Source: Raphidiopsis brookii D9 (GTDB lineage Bacteria; Cyanobacteriota; Cyanobacteriia; Cyanobacteriales; Nostocaceae). Taken from it: a stretch of 32,000 nucleotides of DNA. This document shows positions 19,571-30,024 of the stretch, piece by piece. Location of the stretch: assembly GCA_000175855.1 (NCBI GenBank), contig ACYB01000027.1, positions 870 to 32,869 on the forward strand. The letters are read 5' to 3'. The position numbers and the translations under genes were made by a program. The notes under the pieces are model-generated. The model saw only the letters and a list, made by a program, of their open reading frames with translations. It did not search any database and was not told where the DNA came from. Position 1 is the first letter of the stretch. Every line of letters starts with the position of its first letter.

Positions 19571-20207
19571 AGGATTTATCTCCCCGTTCATAACGACGAC
19601 GGTATAATAGTTCTAGTTGTCCACCGTATTCTTGTATTAGGGCTATTTGCCTTTGGTAAAGACCTCGAAAGGAATTGGCAAATAAGAGGGTGAAAATAGC
19701 TACAATTAGACCTGTAGCAGTAGAAACTAACGCCTCACTAATACCACCGGTAACACCTGCTGTTTGAGTCCCTCCCACATTGCCAATATTTAAAGAAGCA
19801 AAGGAATTAATCAGTCCCAACACGGTTCCCAATAATCCTAATAGGGGGGCCAGGGCAATAATGGTGTCAAAAACCGTCGTGAATCGTTTCAATAAGGGTA
19901 TTTCCGCCTGAGCTTCAGTTTCCAAGGCCAAACGAAATTCCTCCGGGTTGGGTTCTTCTAGTTCTAAAGCAGTCAAAAAGATCCGAGCTATGGGTAAGTC
20001 AGCATTCCTTTGCAGAATGTCAACGATATTAACTAAGTTATTCTGACGATATAGATTCAATACGTACTTAACTACTTTTTCTTCTCGCTTGGTAATTTTT
20101 GACCAAAACCAAATACGCTCAATAATTAGTCCTACTGCAATTATGGAAGACAATAGCAGTGGCCACATAACCACGCCACCAGCTATAAATAATTGTTTAA
20201 TGTCCAT
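19554..20207 (-). CDS. ExbB/TolQ/MotA family proton channel protein
   Basis: LIERIWFW, TVFDTIIALAPLLGLLGTVLGLINSF, GISEALVSTATGLIVAIFTLLFAN. Confidence 0.9.
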   Translation of the reverse strand: MDIKQLFIAGGVVMWPLLLSSIIAVGLIIERIWFWSKITKREEKVVKYVLNLYRQNNLVNIVDILQRNADLPIARIFLTALELEEPNPEEFRLALETEAQAEIPLLKRFTTVFDTIIALAPLLGLLGTVLGLINSFASLNIGNVGGTQTAGVTGGISEALVSTATGLIVAIFTLLFANSFRGLYQRQIALIQEYGGQLELLYRRRYERGDKSYASTR

Positions 20208-20383
20208 ACTGATTCTTCATACCTTCGCTGAACACAAAAAATAATTTACCTCGTGCCATTTTCCTATATACCAACCACAAAAAGCAAATATGTCAAGTGT
20301 ATACTGCATGGTAAAGTCCAGGTTAATTAATGGTTATTTTTTGTTTGATATATTAGAAATATAAGTAAGAGATTAGATTACTC

Positions 20384-21205
20384 ATGATCTGGCCGTTTAA
20401 ACCCAAGTTTCGTAAACAAATCGCTCGCATTGAAATTACTGGTGCGATCGCCAGTAGCACAAGAAAGCGAGTGTTGGAAGCCATAAAAACCGTAGAAGAG
20501 AGAAAATTCCCTGCTCTGTTGCTACGTATTGACAGTCCTGGTGGTACGGTAGGGGATTCCCAAGAGATCTATGGTGCCCTCAAGGAATTGGGCAAAAAAA
20601 CCAAAATCGTCGCCAGTTTTGGCAACATATCCGCTTCGGGTGGTGTCTATATAGGCATGGGGGCGAAGCATATTATGGCCAATCCAGGTACAATTACAGG
20701 TAGTATAGGTGTAATCCTACGGGGAAACAATCTAGAACGCTTGTTGGAAAAAGTTGGTGTGTCTTTTAAAGTAATTAAGTCTGGTCCATACAAAGACATT
20801 TTATCCTTTGACAGAGAACTGACCCAACCAGAGGAAAATATCCTGCAAGAACTGATTGATGTCAGTTATCAGCAATTTATTCAAACAGTAGCTCAGGCGC
20901 GCGCCTTACCTATAGAAACTGTCAAAACATTCGCTGACGGACGTATTTTTACAGGAGAGCAGGCCTTAAACTTGGGAGTTGTAGACCGTTTGGGAACGGA
21001 GGAAGATGCTCGACGTTGGACCGCTGAATTGGTGGGACTTGATCCCCAAAAAACTCCCTGCTATACCTTAGAAGAGCGGAAACCATTATTAAGTCGAGTT
21101 CTACCAGGTAGTCGCTATCCCAAATCAAGTATTAGATCTGGAATTGATTGGCTGGAGTTTGAAATGTCTACAAGTGGGTTACCACTGTGGTTATATAGAC
21201 CCTAG
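20384..21205 (+). CDS. sppA: Signal peptide peptidase SppA
   Basis: LLRIDSPGGTVGDSQEIY, GNISASGGVYIGMGAKHIMANPGTITGSIGVI (Ser), GPYKDILS (Lys). Confidence 0.93.
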   Translation: MIWPFKPKFRKQIARIEITGAIASSTRKRVLEAIKTVEERKFPALLLRIDSPGGTVGDSQEIYGALKELGKKTKIVASFGNISASGGVYIGMGAKHIMANPGTITGSIGVILRGNNLERLLEKVGVSFKVIKSGPYKDILSFDRELTQPEENILQELIDVSYQQFIQTVAQARALPIETVKTFADGRIFTGEQALNLGVVDRLGTEEDARRWTAELVGLDPQKTPCYTLEERKPLLSRVLPGSRYPKSSIRSGIDWLEFEMSTSGLPLWLYRP

Positions 21206-21226
21206 AAGGTTATGTCATTCGTCAAT

Positions 21227-21261
21227 GGTCAGTCGTAAAAATTGGCAACTGACGACTGACC
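21227..21261. repeat. Perfect inverted repeat between sppA and the chorismate mutase gene
   Basis: GGTCAGTCGT (21227-21236) and ACGACTGACC (21252-21261), 10-bp arms, 15-nt spacer. Confidence 0.7.
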
Positions 21262-21316
21262 GCTGATAGTAATAACTGACAACTAGAAAAGGAGGAACTT
21301 GGAAGTGGAATGGCAA

Positions 21317-21685
21317 ATGCGGGCAATTCGTGGCGCGACAACTGTTGCGGAAAATAGCGTAGTGGCAATTACGGAAGCAGTGACGGAATTACTTAATGAA
21401 TTGGAAGACCGCAATCAACTGCGACCTACGGAAATTTTGAGTGTCACCTTCTCTGTTACCCGTGACTTAGATGCTATCTTTCCAGCAGCGATCGCCCGCA
21501 GTCGTCCTTTATGGGATAGCGTGGCCATGCTAGATGTTCAACAAATGTATGTGGAAGGAAGTTTGCAGCGCTGTATAAGGTTTTTAATTCATGCCTATTT
21601 ACCCACTTCTTCTCCCATACACCACGTGTATTTACGTCAAGCAGCTAAATTACGTCCCGATTGGGGATTTGTGGGAGTTCAATAA
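21317..21685 (+). CDS. aroH: Chorismate mutase (AroH type)
   Basis: MRAIRGATTVAENS...VTELLNELEDRNQL...SVTRDLDAIFPAAIAR. The tracked ORF starts at 21299 with TTG; MRAIRGATT is the likely start. Confidence 0.92.
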   Translation: MRAIRGATTVAENSVVAITEAVTELLNELEDRNQLRPTEILSVTFSVTRDLDAIFPAAIARSRPLWDSVAMLDVQQMYVEGSLQRCIRFLIHAYLPTSSPIHHVYLRQAAKLRPDWGFVGVQ

Positions 21686-22059
21686 TTTAGCAAGTTGGCA
21701 GGTATTAACGTTATGGAGCTGCAACTACTACTAAACAATTTAAAACTAGTCGTGAATCATTCTTTATCTTGCCTTTTGGTGAGTACTTATGCTTAAAAAA
21801 TGCTGGTTTTTAGAGTAACAATGGAGGAAAAAATAATAAATTCTGAAATCTATATAAATTAATGCTTTCACCTACCCACTTTCGACTACAAGACCTTAGA
21901 ATAATTCATTGAAAAGTCGAGCTGATCTGATGTACAGGGGTTGGGAGTGTAAATACTCTTAACGAACGATTTTTGTAATTCTACCGACAGAGATTTCCGT
22001 AAAGATGCGACAGGATTTCATCTTGCAGTAAATTTCAAGTAAACCTCAAGGAGTTTGAT

Positions 22060-22344
22060 ATGAACAAGGCTGAATTAGTAGATGCAGTGTCCGAAAAAGC
22101 TAGCGTGACCAAAAAACAAGCGGATGCTGTAATCAGTGCTGCCATTGACACTATTATTGAAGCGGTTGCTTCAGGTGATAAAGTTACTTTGGTTGGTTTT
22201 GGTTCTTTTGAATCACGGGACCGTAAAGCTCGTGAAGGTCGTAACCCTAAAACTAATGAAAAAATGGAAATCCCAGCCACGAAGGTTCCTGCTTTCTCTG
22301 CTGGGAAACTATTTAGAGAAAAGGTAGCACCCCCAAAAGAGTAG
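22060..22344 (+). CDS. hupB: HU family DNA-binding protein
   Basis: MNKAELVDAVSEKASVTKKQADAVI...VTLVGFGSFESRDRKAREGRNPKT. Confidence 0.95.
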   Translation: MNKAELVDAVSEKASVTKKQADAVISAAIDTIIEAVASGDKVTLVGFGSFESRDRKAREGRNPKTNEKMEIPATKVPAFSAGKLFREKVAPPKE

Positions 22345-22367
22345 TTTTAGTTCTAGGAAGCGCAGTT

Positions 22368-23447
22368 TTGATGGGACACAAAGCACATGGGGGAAATCTA
22401 GCTTGGGCGGCGGCATTAGCTGGCTGTTCCCCGGAGGCTATTGTGGACTTTTCCGCTAGTATTAGCCCCTTGGGACCGCCTAAAACCGTAATTGATGCGA
22501 TCGCCTCCCAATTGGCTAGTCTAAAACATTATCCCGACCCGGATTACACGGAACTAAAACTGGCTCTGGGTCGTTTCCATGAACTACCACCGGACTGGAT
22601 TTTACCCGGTAATGGTTCGGCTGAATTGCTAACCCTAGTGGGTAGGGAACTAGCACAACTAAGAGGAACTATATTAGTAACTCCGGCTTTTGGCGATTAT
22701 TACCGCACTCTGGCGGCCTATAATGCTAAAGTGTTGGAGTTTCCTATGGATTTAAGTTGGGAGAGGGGGTTACCCCCCCTTTTATCTTCTGTTTCTGGAT
22801 CGGGGGAATATGGATTGTTGCTGAATAATCCCCACAATCCAACGGGTAAGTTATTTTTACGGGAGGAGATTTTACCCTACTTACAGGATTTTGCTCTGGT
22901 GTTGGTAGATGAAGCGTTTATGGATTTTCTCACCCCCGCACAAGAGCAAAGTTTGATAGGGTTAGTTCGGGAATATAGGAATTTGGTCATATTGCGATCG
23001 CTGACTAAGTTCTACAGTTTGCCAGGTCTGAGATTAGGCTATGCTATAGCTACACCTGACCTGGTACAAAAATGGCAGTCTTGGCGAGATCCCTGGCCCG
23101 TAAACAATTTAGCCGTATGTGCTGCTATAGCTGCACTTCAAGATCAGGAATTTCAACACCAAACCTGGACCTGGTTACCTCAAGCCAGGAATCAACTTGT
23201 ACAAGGTTTATCTGGTTTACCTGCTCTTAGACCTTTGCCGGGTGCTGTCAACTATTTATTGGTAGAGTCCCAAATTTCCACTTCTTGGTTACAAGAACAG
23301 CTACTAGTAAAACACCAAATCCTCATTCGTGACTGTTTGAGTTTTAAGGAACTAGGCGATCGCTATTTTCGTGTTGCTGTGCGCTCCATACCAGATAATC
23401 AACGTTTAATTACTGCTCTGGAATCCATAATGCAAAATCATCTATGA
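22368..23447 (+). CDS. cobD: Threonine-phosphate decarboxylase-like PLP aminotransferase (cobalamin biosynthesis)
   Basis: HGGNLAWAAALAG...DFSASISPLGPP, LPGNGSAELL, NNPHNPTG, RSLTKFYSLPGLRLGY (PLP Lys). Confidence 0.85.
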   Translation: MMGHKAHGGNLAWAAALAGCSPEAIVDFSASISPLGPPKTVIDAIASQLASLKHYPDPDYTELKLALGRFHELPPDWILPGNGSAELLTLVGRELAQLRGTILVTPAFGDYYRTLAAYNAKVLEFPMDLSWERGLPPLLSSVSGSGEYGLLLNNPHNPTGKLFLREEILPYLQDFALVLVDEAFMDFLTPAQEQSLIGLVREYRNLVILRSLTKFYSLPGLRLGYAIATPDLVQKWQSWRDPWPVNNLAVCAAIAALQDQEFQHQTWTWLPQARNQLVQGLSGLPALRPLPGAVNYLLVESQISTSWLQEQLLVKHQILIRDCLSFKELGDRYFRVAVRSIPDNQRLITALESIMQNHL

Positions 23448-24922
23448 AACTGGACTATGATATAATAATCATTGGTGATAGTATTGCGGGATATGAAGCT
23501 GCTTTATATGCAGCTCAACTACATGCCAAAGTAGCTTTAGTAAAGTCCCAACCCACTTACCAACTAAACTATGTTTACCCATTGAGGGAACTGAGCAGAA
23601 TCTCTTATCAGTACTTAGAAATGATGGGTTTAGGCATTTGTGCCAATCAATCTCCTAGTACGGAAGTAATAAAGCAGCTGCAACAGTCAGAAAGATGTTT
23701 AATTTCTTCTTACCAGCGGGCAATATTTTATGCCCAAGGTATGGAGTCCCAATTTAACTTAATAAATTCCCTGGATAATTTAGCTACTCAAGGAGTAGAT
23801 ATAATTATTGGTAGGGGGGAGTTTGCCAATTCTAGAAAACCCAGTTTTAGAGTTCAAGGTCGAACTTTAAGGGGGAGTAGATACTTACTGGCCTGTGGTT
23901 CGGTGACTAAAATTCCCGACATAGAAAATCTTGCCACCACTGGTTATGTTACCCTAACCAATATTTGGCAATACCTAGTAAGCGCCAATCTACCTAAACG
24001 CTGGGTAATTCTTGGTGGTTTACCCCAAAGTATAGAAATCGCTCAAACCCTAGTTCATTTAGGTTGCCATATAGATTTAGTCCTCAACCATCCCACGGTT
24101 TTATCGTATTTAGAGCCAGAAATAGTTGAATTACTCATGGCCCAACTAGAAGCTGAAGGGGTAAGTATTTTCCGAGAACAAACGGTCACCCAAACAAGAA
24201 AAATTAAAGGTCAAAAATGGGTACAACTAAAAGACCAAGCCATAGAAACTGACGAAATTTTAATAGCTGATCACCAACAACCAAAAATAGACAACCTGAA
24301 CTTAGCCAGTCCGAGAATTAAATCCTCAAGCGATCGCCTGATCACCAACGACAAACTACAAACCACCAATCCCAAAATTTATGCCTGTGGAGATATTATA
24401 GGTGGTTATGATATGGAGAACATTGCCAAATACGAGGCAAAAATAGCTGTGAAAAACGCCCTATTTTTTCCTAGACATCGGGTAAACTACAGTGCCATTC
24501 CCTGGATAATATCTACCCAACCTATGGTAGCTCAGGTAGGAATCACCGAATTACAGGCCAAAAAAACATATAATAAAAATCGAGTTCTAGTTTTTAAAAA
24601 CTACTTTAAGACCACAACAGCAGGTCAAGTTAAAAATGAGACCACAGGTATTTGCAAACTAATTGTTTTAGAAAACGGCAAAATTTTAGGGTGTAGTATA
24701 TTTGGTCAACAAGCAGAAGAAATAATCAACCTTATTGCCCTAGCAATAGCTCAAAACTTGAAAATTGACAACTTAGAAAATTTAGCTGTGGTCTACCCTA
24801 GCTGCTCAGAAATTCTCACCCAAACCGCTAGGGAATGGAGCACCCACAAACTACACAAAAACCACCTGTTACAAGAGTTCCTGCAGAGTTTTTTACATTT
24901 TCGCCGGGAATGGAAGTTTTAA
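23444..24922 (+). CDS. FAD-dependent pyridine-nucleotide oxidoreductase lacking the redox disulfide
   Basis: N-terminal DYDIIIIGDSIAGYEAALYAAQLHAKVALV, KIYACGDIIGGYD, C-terminal dimerisation domain; 4-nt overlap with the preceding gene. No CxxxxC motif. Confidence 0.85.
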   Translation: MKLDYDIIIIGDSIAGYEAALYAAQLHAKVALVKSQPTYQLNYVYPLRELSRISYQYLEMMGLGICANQSPSTEVIKQLQQSERCLISSYQRAIFYAQGMESQFNLINSLDNLATQGVDIIIGRGEFANSRKPSFRVQGRTLRGSRYLLACGSVTKIPDIENLATTGYVTLTNIWQYLVSANLPKRWVILGGLPQSIEIAQTLVHLGCHIDLVLNHPTVLSYLEPEIVELLMAQLEAEGVSIFREQTVTQTRKIKGQKWVQLKDQAIETDEILIADHQQPKIDNLNLASPRIKSSSDRLITNDKLQTTNPKIYACGDIIGGYDMENIAKYEAKIAVKNALFFPRHRVNYSAIPWIISTQPMVAQVGITELQAKKTYNKNRVLVFKNYFKTTTAGQVKNETTGICKLIVLENGKILGCSIFGQQAEEIINLIALAIAQNLKIDNLENLAVVYPSCSEILTQTAREWSTHKLHKNHLLQEFLQSFLHFRREWKF

Positions 24923-24958
24923 CATCCATCCCAGCAAAAGGAAAAATATCGCCAATAT

Positions 24959-26131
24959 CTAACGAATATACTCCTTGAGAACACTGTTCCGATTGGGATG
25001 ACGCAGTTTCCGCAGGGCCTTAGCCTCGATTTGTCGAATCCTTTCCCGGGTAACATTAAAAATCTGACCGATTTCCTCCAGGGTTTTCATCCGACCATCA
25101 TCCAAACCATAGCGCAGTCTCAAAACATCCCTTTCTCGGGGACCCAAACTATCTAAAACTCTTTCTAGGTCTTCCCTAAGAAGACTTTTAGAAACCTGAT
25201 CCTCAGGTGTTTCACCATCAGATTCAATAAAATCTCCTAAACGGGAATCCTCCTCCTTACCAATAGGTGTTTCCAAAGAAATAGGCAATTGAGCTGATTT
25301 GGCAATAAACCTCAGTTTTTCAATGGTCATTTCCATGCGGGTCGCAATTTCTTCCTCCGTGGGTTTGCGTCCCATTTCTTGAGATAAAAGTTTGGTAGTT
25401 TTCTTAATCCGTGATATAGTCTCGTAAAGGTGAACGGGTAAACGAATAGTTCGAGACTGATCAGCTATTGCCCTTGTAATTGCTTGACGGATCCACCAAG
25501 TCGCATAAGTAGAAAACTTATAGCCCTTTTCATGGTCAAATTTTTCGGCGGCCCGGATCAGACCTAGACTTCCCTCCTGAATTAAGTCCTGGAATGACAA
25601 ACCCCTATTCATATATTTTTTGGCAATGGAAACCACCAACCGTAGGTTGGATTGTACCATTTTATCCTTCGCCCTGCGCCCGACGTGAAGACGATAGCGG
25701 AAGGTTGGTAATGGCAATTTTACGGCCTCGGCCCATTCTCTAAATTCCGGTTCCCTTTCTAGCTGTTCGTATAAATCATCCCTAACTCTTTCTAGCTCCA
25801 GCAAATCAGCTATTTTTCGTGCCAACTCAATTTCTTCATCTGCCCGTAGTAGTCTGATTCGACCAATCTCTTGCAGGTAAAGACGAATTGAGTCCTCAGT
25901 AAATGGCTTCTTCTTAGTCTGTGTGCGACGACGCGATTTAGCGGCTTTTCCAGACTTTGCGTCGTCCTCATCAGTCTGAGGCTCTAAAAAATCATCAATA
26001 TCCCCGTCATCAACTAGCAGTAAGTCCTCTTCCTCCTCGATTAATAAGAGTTCTTCTTCTATCTCGGGCGGATTTATCATTTCTAGCTCAGGCTGATAAA
26101 TGCTATCGAGTACGTTGTTAGCCTGGTTCAT
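24959..26131 (-). CDS. rpoD: Principal RNA polymerase sigma factor (SigA/RpoD)
   Basis: [57 protein letters not shown] and C-terminal [15 protein letters not shown]...[28 protein letters not shown]. Confidence 0.97.
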   Translation of the reverse strand: MNQANNVLDSIYQPELEMINPPEIEEELLLIEEEEDLLLVDDGDIDDFLEPQTDEDDAKSGKAAKSRRRTQTKKKPFTEDSIRLYLQEIGRIRLLRADEEIELARKIADLLELERVRDDLYEQLEREPEFREWAEAVKLPLPTFRYRLHVGRRAKDKMVQSNLRLVVSIAKKYMNRGLSFQDLIQEGSLGLIRAAEKFDHEKGYKFSTYATWWIRQAITRAIADQSRTIRLPVHLYETISRIKKTTKLLSQEMGRKPTEEEIATRMEMTIEKLRFIAKSAQLPISLETPIGKEEDSRLGDFIESDGETPEDQVSKSLLREDLERVLDSLGPRERDVLRLRYGLDDGRMKTLEEIGQIFNVTRERIRQIEAKALRKLRHPNRNSVLKEYIR

Positions 26132-26512
26132 GCCGCGTTCCTCATGCTCCTTGCAGAATCAATATTATGGAGTTAATTTTGTTGACTTTATTTTGCCCTT
26201 TGTGAAGGCATTATTTTAACTCTTGACGGATCCACTGATGTTTTACCGAAGATAGTTCAGTACACAATTCCCAGTTTACCCCGTCCCCACCTCATAAATA
26301 TAACTGGTGACAGATTTATTTTGTCAACTGTTTTCTAATTGTAACCTCTTTCACAGAAATTGCACTCTTTTTGTGTATTAACCATGAACTCATTTCCTCA
26401 TGGAAGGCCACCTTTATCAAAAAGACATTAAAAATGTATTCACACCATTAATTCTTATTGAAAGCTTTTTGGTTTATCATTAGTCTGTTTGTTGCTATCT
26501 TCCCCTGGAGGA

Positions 26513-28909
26513 CTAGATATCTAAATCTGTTAGATTGAGCTTAGAACCATAAGTTTCAATAAACTCCCTCCTAGGAGCAACCCGATCACCCATTAGTATG
26601 GTGAATATTCTGTCAGCTTCTGCTGCATCCTCTATTTCCACCTGTTTCAGGGTTCTGGTTTCAGGGTTCATAGTAGTAGTCCACAGTTGTTCTGGCATCA
26701 TTTCGCCCAAGCCCTTAAATCGCTGAATTGTGTAATTAGCGTTTCCAGGTAAGGTACTAATGTGTTGTTGTAGTTCTCGATCACTGTAACAGTAATTATA
26801 GTTCTTCCCTCTCTCTACTTTGTACAGTGGTGGACAGGCAATGTAGATAAATCCCTGTTCAATTAGTGATCTTTGGTATCTATAGAAAAATGTCAGCAGC
26901 AAGGTACGAATATGGGCCCCATCCACATCCGCATCTGTCATGATCACCACCCGATGATACCGCAATTGTGAAGCGTCAAACTCTTCACCTTTCACCCCTA
27001 AACCTAAAGCCGTAATTAATGATTGTACCTCATTATTTTTATAAATTTTCGCATCATCGGTTTTTTCTATATTTAAAATTTTACCCCGTAGAGGCAAAAT
27101 TGCCTGAGTCCGGCGATCGCGTCCTTGCTTGGCACTATTATGGACAAAAACTCCTGCTGCTAAAGCAAAGTTATGGGTATGGGGAACTTCTAAATCATAA
27201 ACATCAAATTTCTCTGGTAAACTTTCCACACTTACCACCCGGTGGTTATAGGTGGTGACAGCACTCCGTATTACAGTGGGTATAGACTGGTCATAATAGG
27301 GCATTAAGGAATCCTGTGGAGTGAGCAAACCAGCAGCTTGGTAATTTCCATCCCGCAACATAAATAAATGGTCAGGAGTGCAAATCAAAACCTGGTCATT
27401 ATCCAAAGTTACCCTAACTACCTCAGCGTTGGTTTTGGTCCTGCGGACATGAAGAATTTTTTCTATTCCCACCTCACCATTTTCCCGTATGGTATAACAA
27501 TAGTTTTCTTTACCTGCTGCTTGTTCAGCTATCAAATCTGTAAAAGTAAGATTACGCCCATCCTTTAGAGAAACTAAAGTATTGCCCACAAAACAACCAC
27601 CCGCACTGTCTCCTTCCACAATAAATATTTCCGACTCAGCAGGATCGCGGGAACTGCAGTCAGCTAATTTACCAGGTAAAGGGGAAGACTCCAAAACGGA
27701 TTTTCTGCGAACCAGCTCCCGTGCGTGTCTAGCTGCTTCTGCAGCTTTAAAAGCCTGGATAGCCTTATCCAAAATAGAATCCGCAATACCAGGGTGAAAT
27801 TCTAAATATTCCGTCAGCACTTCTCCCACCAGAGAATCCACAATGCCACGTACTTCCGTATTACCCAACTTAGTTTTGGTTTGTCCCTCAAACTCCGGAT
27901 CGGGAACCTTCACGGAAATAACTGCAGTTAAACCTTCCCTCACATGTTCACCGCTGAGATTGGATTCATTCTCCTTAATTTTATTACGTTTGCGGGCGAT
28001 AGAATTCAAAGTTCTTGTCAGAACAGTCTTCAGACCTTCTAAATGAGTACCACCATCAATAGTGCGAATATTGTTAGCAAAACCTAAAACATTATCAGTA
28101 TAAGCATCTGTACACCATTGTAAAGCCACCTCTACTTGAACATTATTGCGCTCACCTTGGACGTAGATAATTTCCTCATGTAAAGCCTGCTTATCTCGAT
28201 TTATGTAGGACACATACTCCTTAATTCCCCCCTTATATTCATAAGTTTCTACCTTAGGGGTATCGGTTTTGAGGAGTTCCAAACGATGATCGGTAAAACT
28301 AATTTTCACCCCCGCATTGAGATAAGCCAATTCTCGGAGACGACCGGCCAGGGTAATATAATCAAATTCAGTGCCAGTGGTAAAAATTTGGGCATCTGGT
28401 TTAAACTTTACGGATGTGCCAGTACGGGACTGTTGGTCTGGTTCTACTTGCAATTCAGTTGTGGGTGCACCTCGTTCATAACGTTGAGTATGAACCTTAT
28501 GCTCTCGCCACACCGTAATATCCACTACTTCCGATAAAGCATTAACTACGGACACACCCACACCGTGTAAACCCCCAGAAACCTTGTAACCACCGCCTCC
28601 AAATTTACCACCAGCATGGAGTACAGTTAACACAGTTTCCAGAGCGGACTTACCAGTTTTAGGGTGAATGTCAGTGGGAATACCTCGACCATCATCGGTA
28701 ACCGTACAGGAACCATCAGCATTGAGTTCTACATCTACATGGGTACAGTAACCCGCCAAAGCCTCATCAACAGAGTTATCAACTACCTCATAAACTAGAT
28801 GGTGCAGTCCTCGCGGTCCGGTAGAGCCAATATACATACCCGGTCGTTTGCGGACGGCTTCCAGACCTTCCAGAACTTGAATCTGATCGGCACTGTAACT
28901 GCTCGTCAT
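26513..28909 (-). CDS. gyrB: DNA gyrase subunit B precursor, containing a mini-intein
   Basis: [33 protein letters not shown] / [39 protein letters not shown]. 798 aa including a 153-aa intein. Confidence 0.97.
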   Translation of the reverse strand: MTSSYSADQIQVLEGLEAVRKRPGMYIGSTGPRGLHHLVYEVVDNSVDEALAGYCTHVDVELNADGSCTVTDDGRGIPTDIHPKTGKSALETVLTVLHAGGKFGGGGYKVSGGLHGVGVSVVNALSEVVDITVWREHKVHTQRYERGAPTTELQVEPDQQSRTGTSVKFKPDAQIFTTGTEFDYITLAGRLRELAYLNAGVKISFTDHRLELLKTDTPKVETYEYKGGIKEYVSYINRDKQALHEEIIYVQGERNNVQVEVALQWCTDAYTDNVLGFANNIRTIDGGTHLEGLKTVLTRTLNSIARKRNKIKENESNLSGEHVREGLTAVISVKVPDPEFEGQTKTKLGNTEVRGIVDSLVGEVLTEYLEFHPGIADSILDKAIQAFKAAEAARHARELVRRKSVLESSPLPGKLADCSSRDPAESEIFIVEGDSAGGCFVGNTLVSLKDGRNLTFTDLIAEQAAGKENYCYTIRENGEVGIEKILHVRRTKTNAEVVRVTLDNDQVLICTPDHLFMLRDGNYQAAGLLTPQDSLMPYYDQSIPTVIRSAVTTYNHRVVSVESLPEKFDVYDLEVPHTHNFALAAGVFVHNSAKQGRDRRTQAILPLRGKILNIEKTDDAKIYKNNEVQSLITALGLGVKGEEFDASQLRYHRVVIMTDADVDGAHIRTLLLTFFYRYQRSLIEQGFIYIACPPLYKVERGKNYNYCYSDRELQQHISTLPGNANYTIQRFKGLGEMMPEQLWTTTMNPETRTLKQVEIEDAAEADRIFTILMGDRVAPRREFIETYGSKLNLTDLDI
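27137..27595 (-). other. GyrB mini-intein (153 aa, no homing endonuclease domain)
   Basis: Starts [13 protein letters not shown] (Cys1) after EGDSAGG; block [13 protein letters not shown]; block [19 protein letters not shown]; block G GVFVHN followed by +1 Ser (SAKQGRDR). Codons checked: aca (TGT) at 27593-27595, att (AAT) at 27137-27139. Confidence 0.95.
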
Positions 28910-29065
28910 GAAAATTCTCCTGATTTAAAGGGCGTTAATTCGCTAAAAACATAAAAAAGTAAAATCACCCCAGAATTATAGCATTAAAGCCTTGGTGTCG
29001 TGTTTAGCACCATTTAGTGATAAACTGATATGAGAGGGGGGGATGAGGTAAATGGGTAAATCAAG

Positions 29066-29983
29066 ATGGATCAATCAATTAGGTTAAATAGGGCTGTTAA
29101 GCTCATAGTGATTTGTGGTGCAACAGCAACGGGGAAATCCGGACTGGGGGTGAGTTTAGCACAAAGACTTGGTTGTGTCATTCTAGGTGCTGATTCCCGT
29201 CAGGTGTACCGCGAATTTAATATTGGAACAGCCAAGCCAACGGAGGAAGAACGGGGATTAGTACCCCATTATCTCATAGATATATGTGAACCAACGGAAA
29301 CCTTGACAGTAGCAGATTATCAAGAACAAGCCCAACGGTTAATTGATAATTTGCCAGTTTCACCAATATTTTTAGTTGGTGGTACAGGTTTATATATTCG
29401 GGCTATTGTCCAGGGCATGAAAATTCCCAGGGTATCTCCACATCCCCAATTGCGCTCCCAACTAGAATCCTTGGGTCAACATCAACTTTATCAGATATTG
29501 CAACAGGTTGATGCAGTTGCTGCCAGAAAAATTCACTCCCATGATTTGGTTAGGACTTTAAGGGCGTTAGAGGTGTATTATGTCACAGGTTCTCCCATAT
29601 CTGAACAGCAGGGAGAGAGACCACCGACCTACCCAATTTTACAACTTTATTTGGATTGTGAACCAGATGTTTTGGATTTGAGAATTTATGGGAGGACAAA
29701 GGAAATGATTAAAGATGGTTTAGTAGAGGAGGTAGAGTATCTATGTCAAAGATATGGTGTGAATTTACCGCTGTTGAATACCTTGGGGTATGCAGAAATT
29801 AAGCAATATTTAGCTGGGGAGATTAGTTTAGAAGCGGCAATAGATTTAATTGCTTTACACACCAGGCAATTTGCTAAGCGTCAACGAACTTGGTTTAGAC
29901 AGTCTTCCAATTTAGAATATTTTGATGTTAATAGTCCGGACTTATTAAATAGGCTTTGCAAGAGAATAGATCAGTTTATTTAA
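29066..29983 (+). CDS. miaA: tRNA dimethylallyltransferase
   Basis: VICGATATGKSGLGVSLAQRLG...ILGADSRQVYREFNIGTAKPT, PHYLIDICEP, GGTGLYIRAIVQG, QFAKRQRTWFR. Confidence 0.95.
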   Translation: MDQSIRLNRAVKLIVICGATATGKSGLGVSLAQRLGCVILGADSRQVYREFNIGTAKPTEEERGLVPHYLIDICEPTETLTVADYQEQAQRLIDNLPVSPIFLVGGTGLYIRAIVQGMKIPRVSPHPQLRSQLESLGQHQLYQILQQVDAVAARKIHSHDLVRTLRALEVYYVTGSPISEQQGERPPTYPILQLYLDCEPDVLDLRIYGRTKEMIKDGLVEEVEYLCQRYGVNLPLLNTLGYAEIKQYLAGEISLEAAIDLIALHTRQFAKRQRTWFRQSSNLEYFDVNSPDLLNRLCKRIDQFI

Positions 29984-30024
29984 TAAGATGATTGTTGACT
30001 GTTGATTAGTCTTTTCTCCTTCTC

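Noticed and set aside
22035-22280. Minus-strand and alternate-frame ORFs overlapping HU
   Set aside because: They overlap the clearly coding HU gene in other frames.
27019-28537. Plus-strand ORFs opposite gyrB
   Set aside because: Antisense shadows of gyrB; no independent coding evidence.
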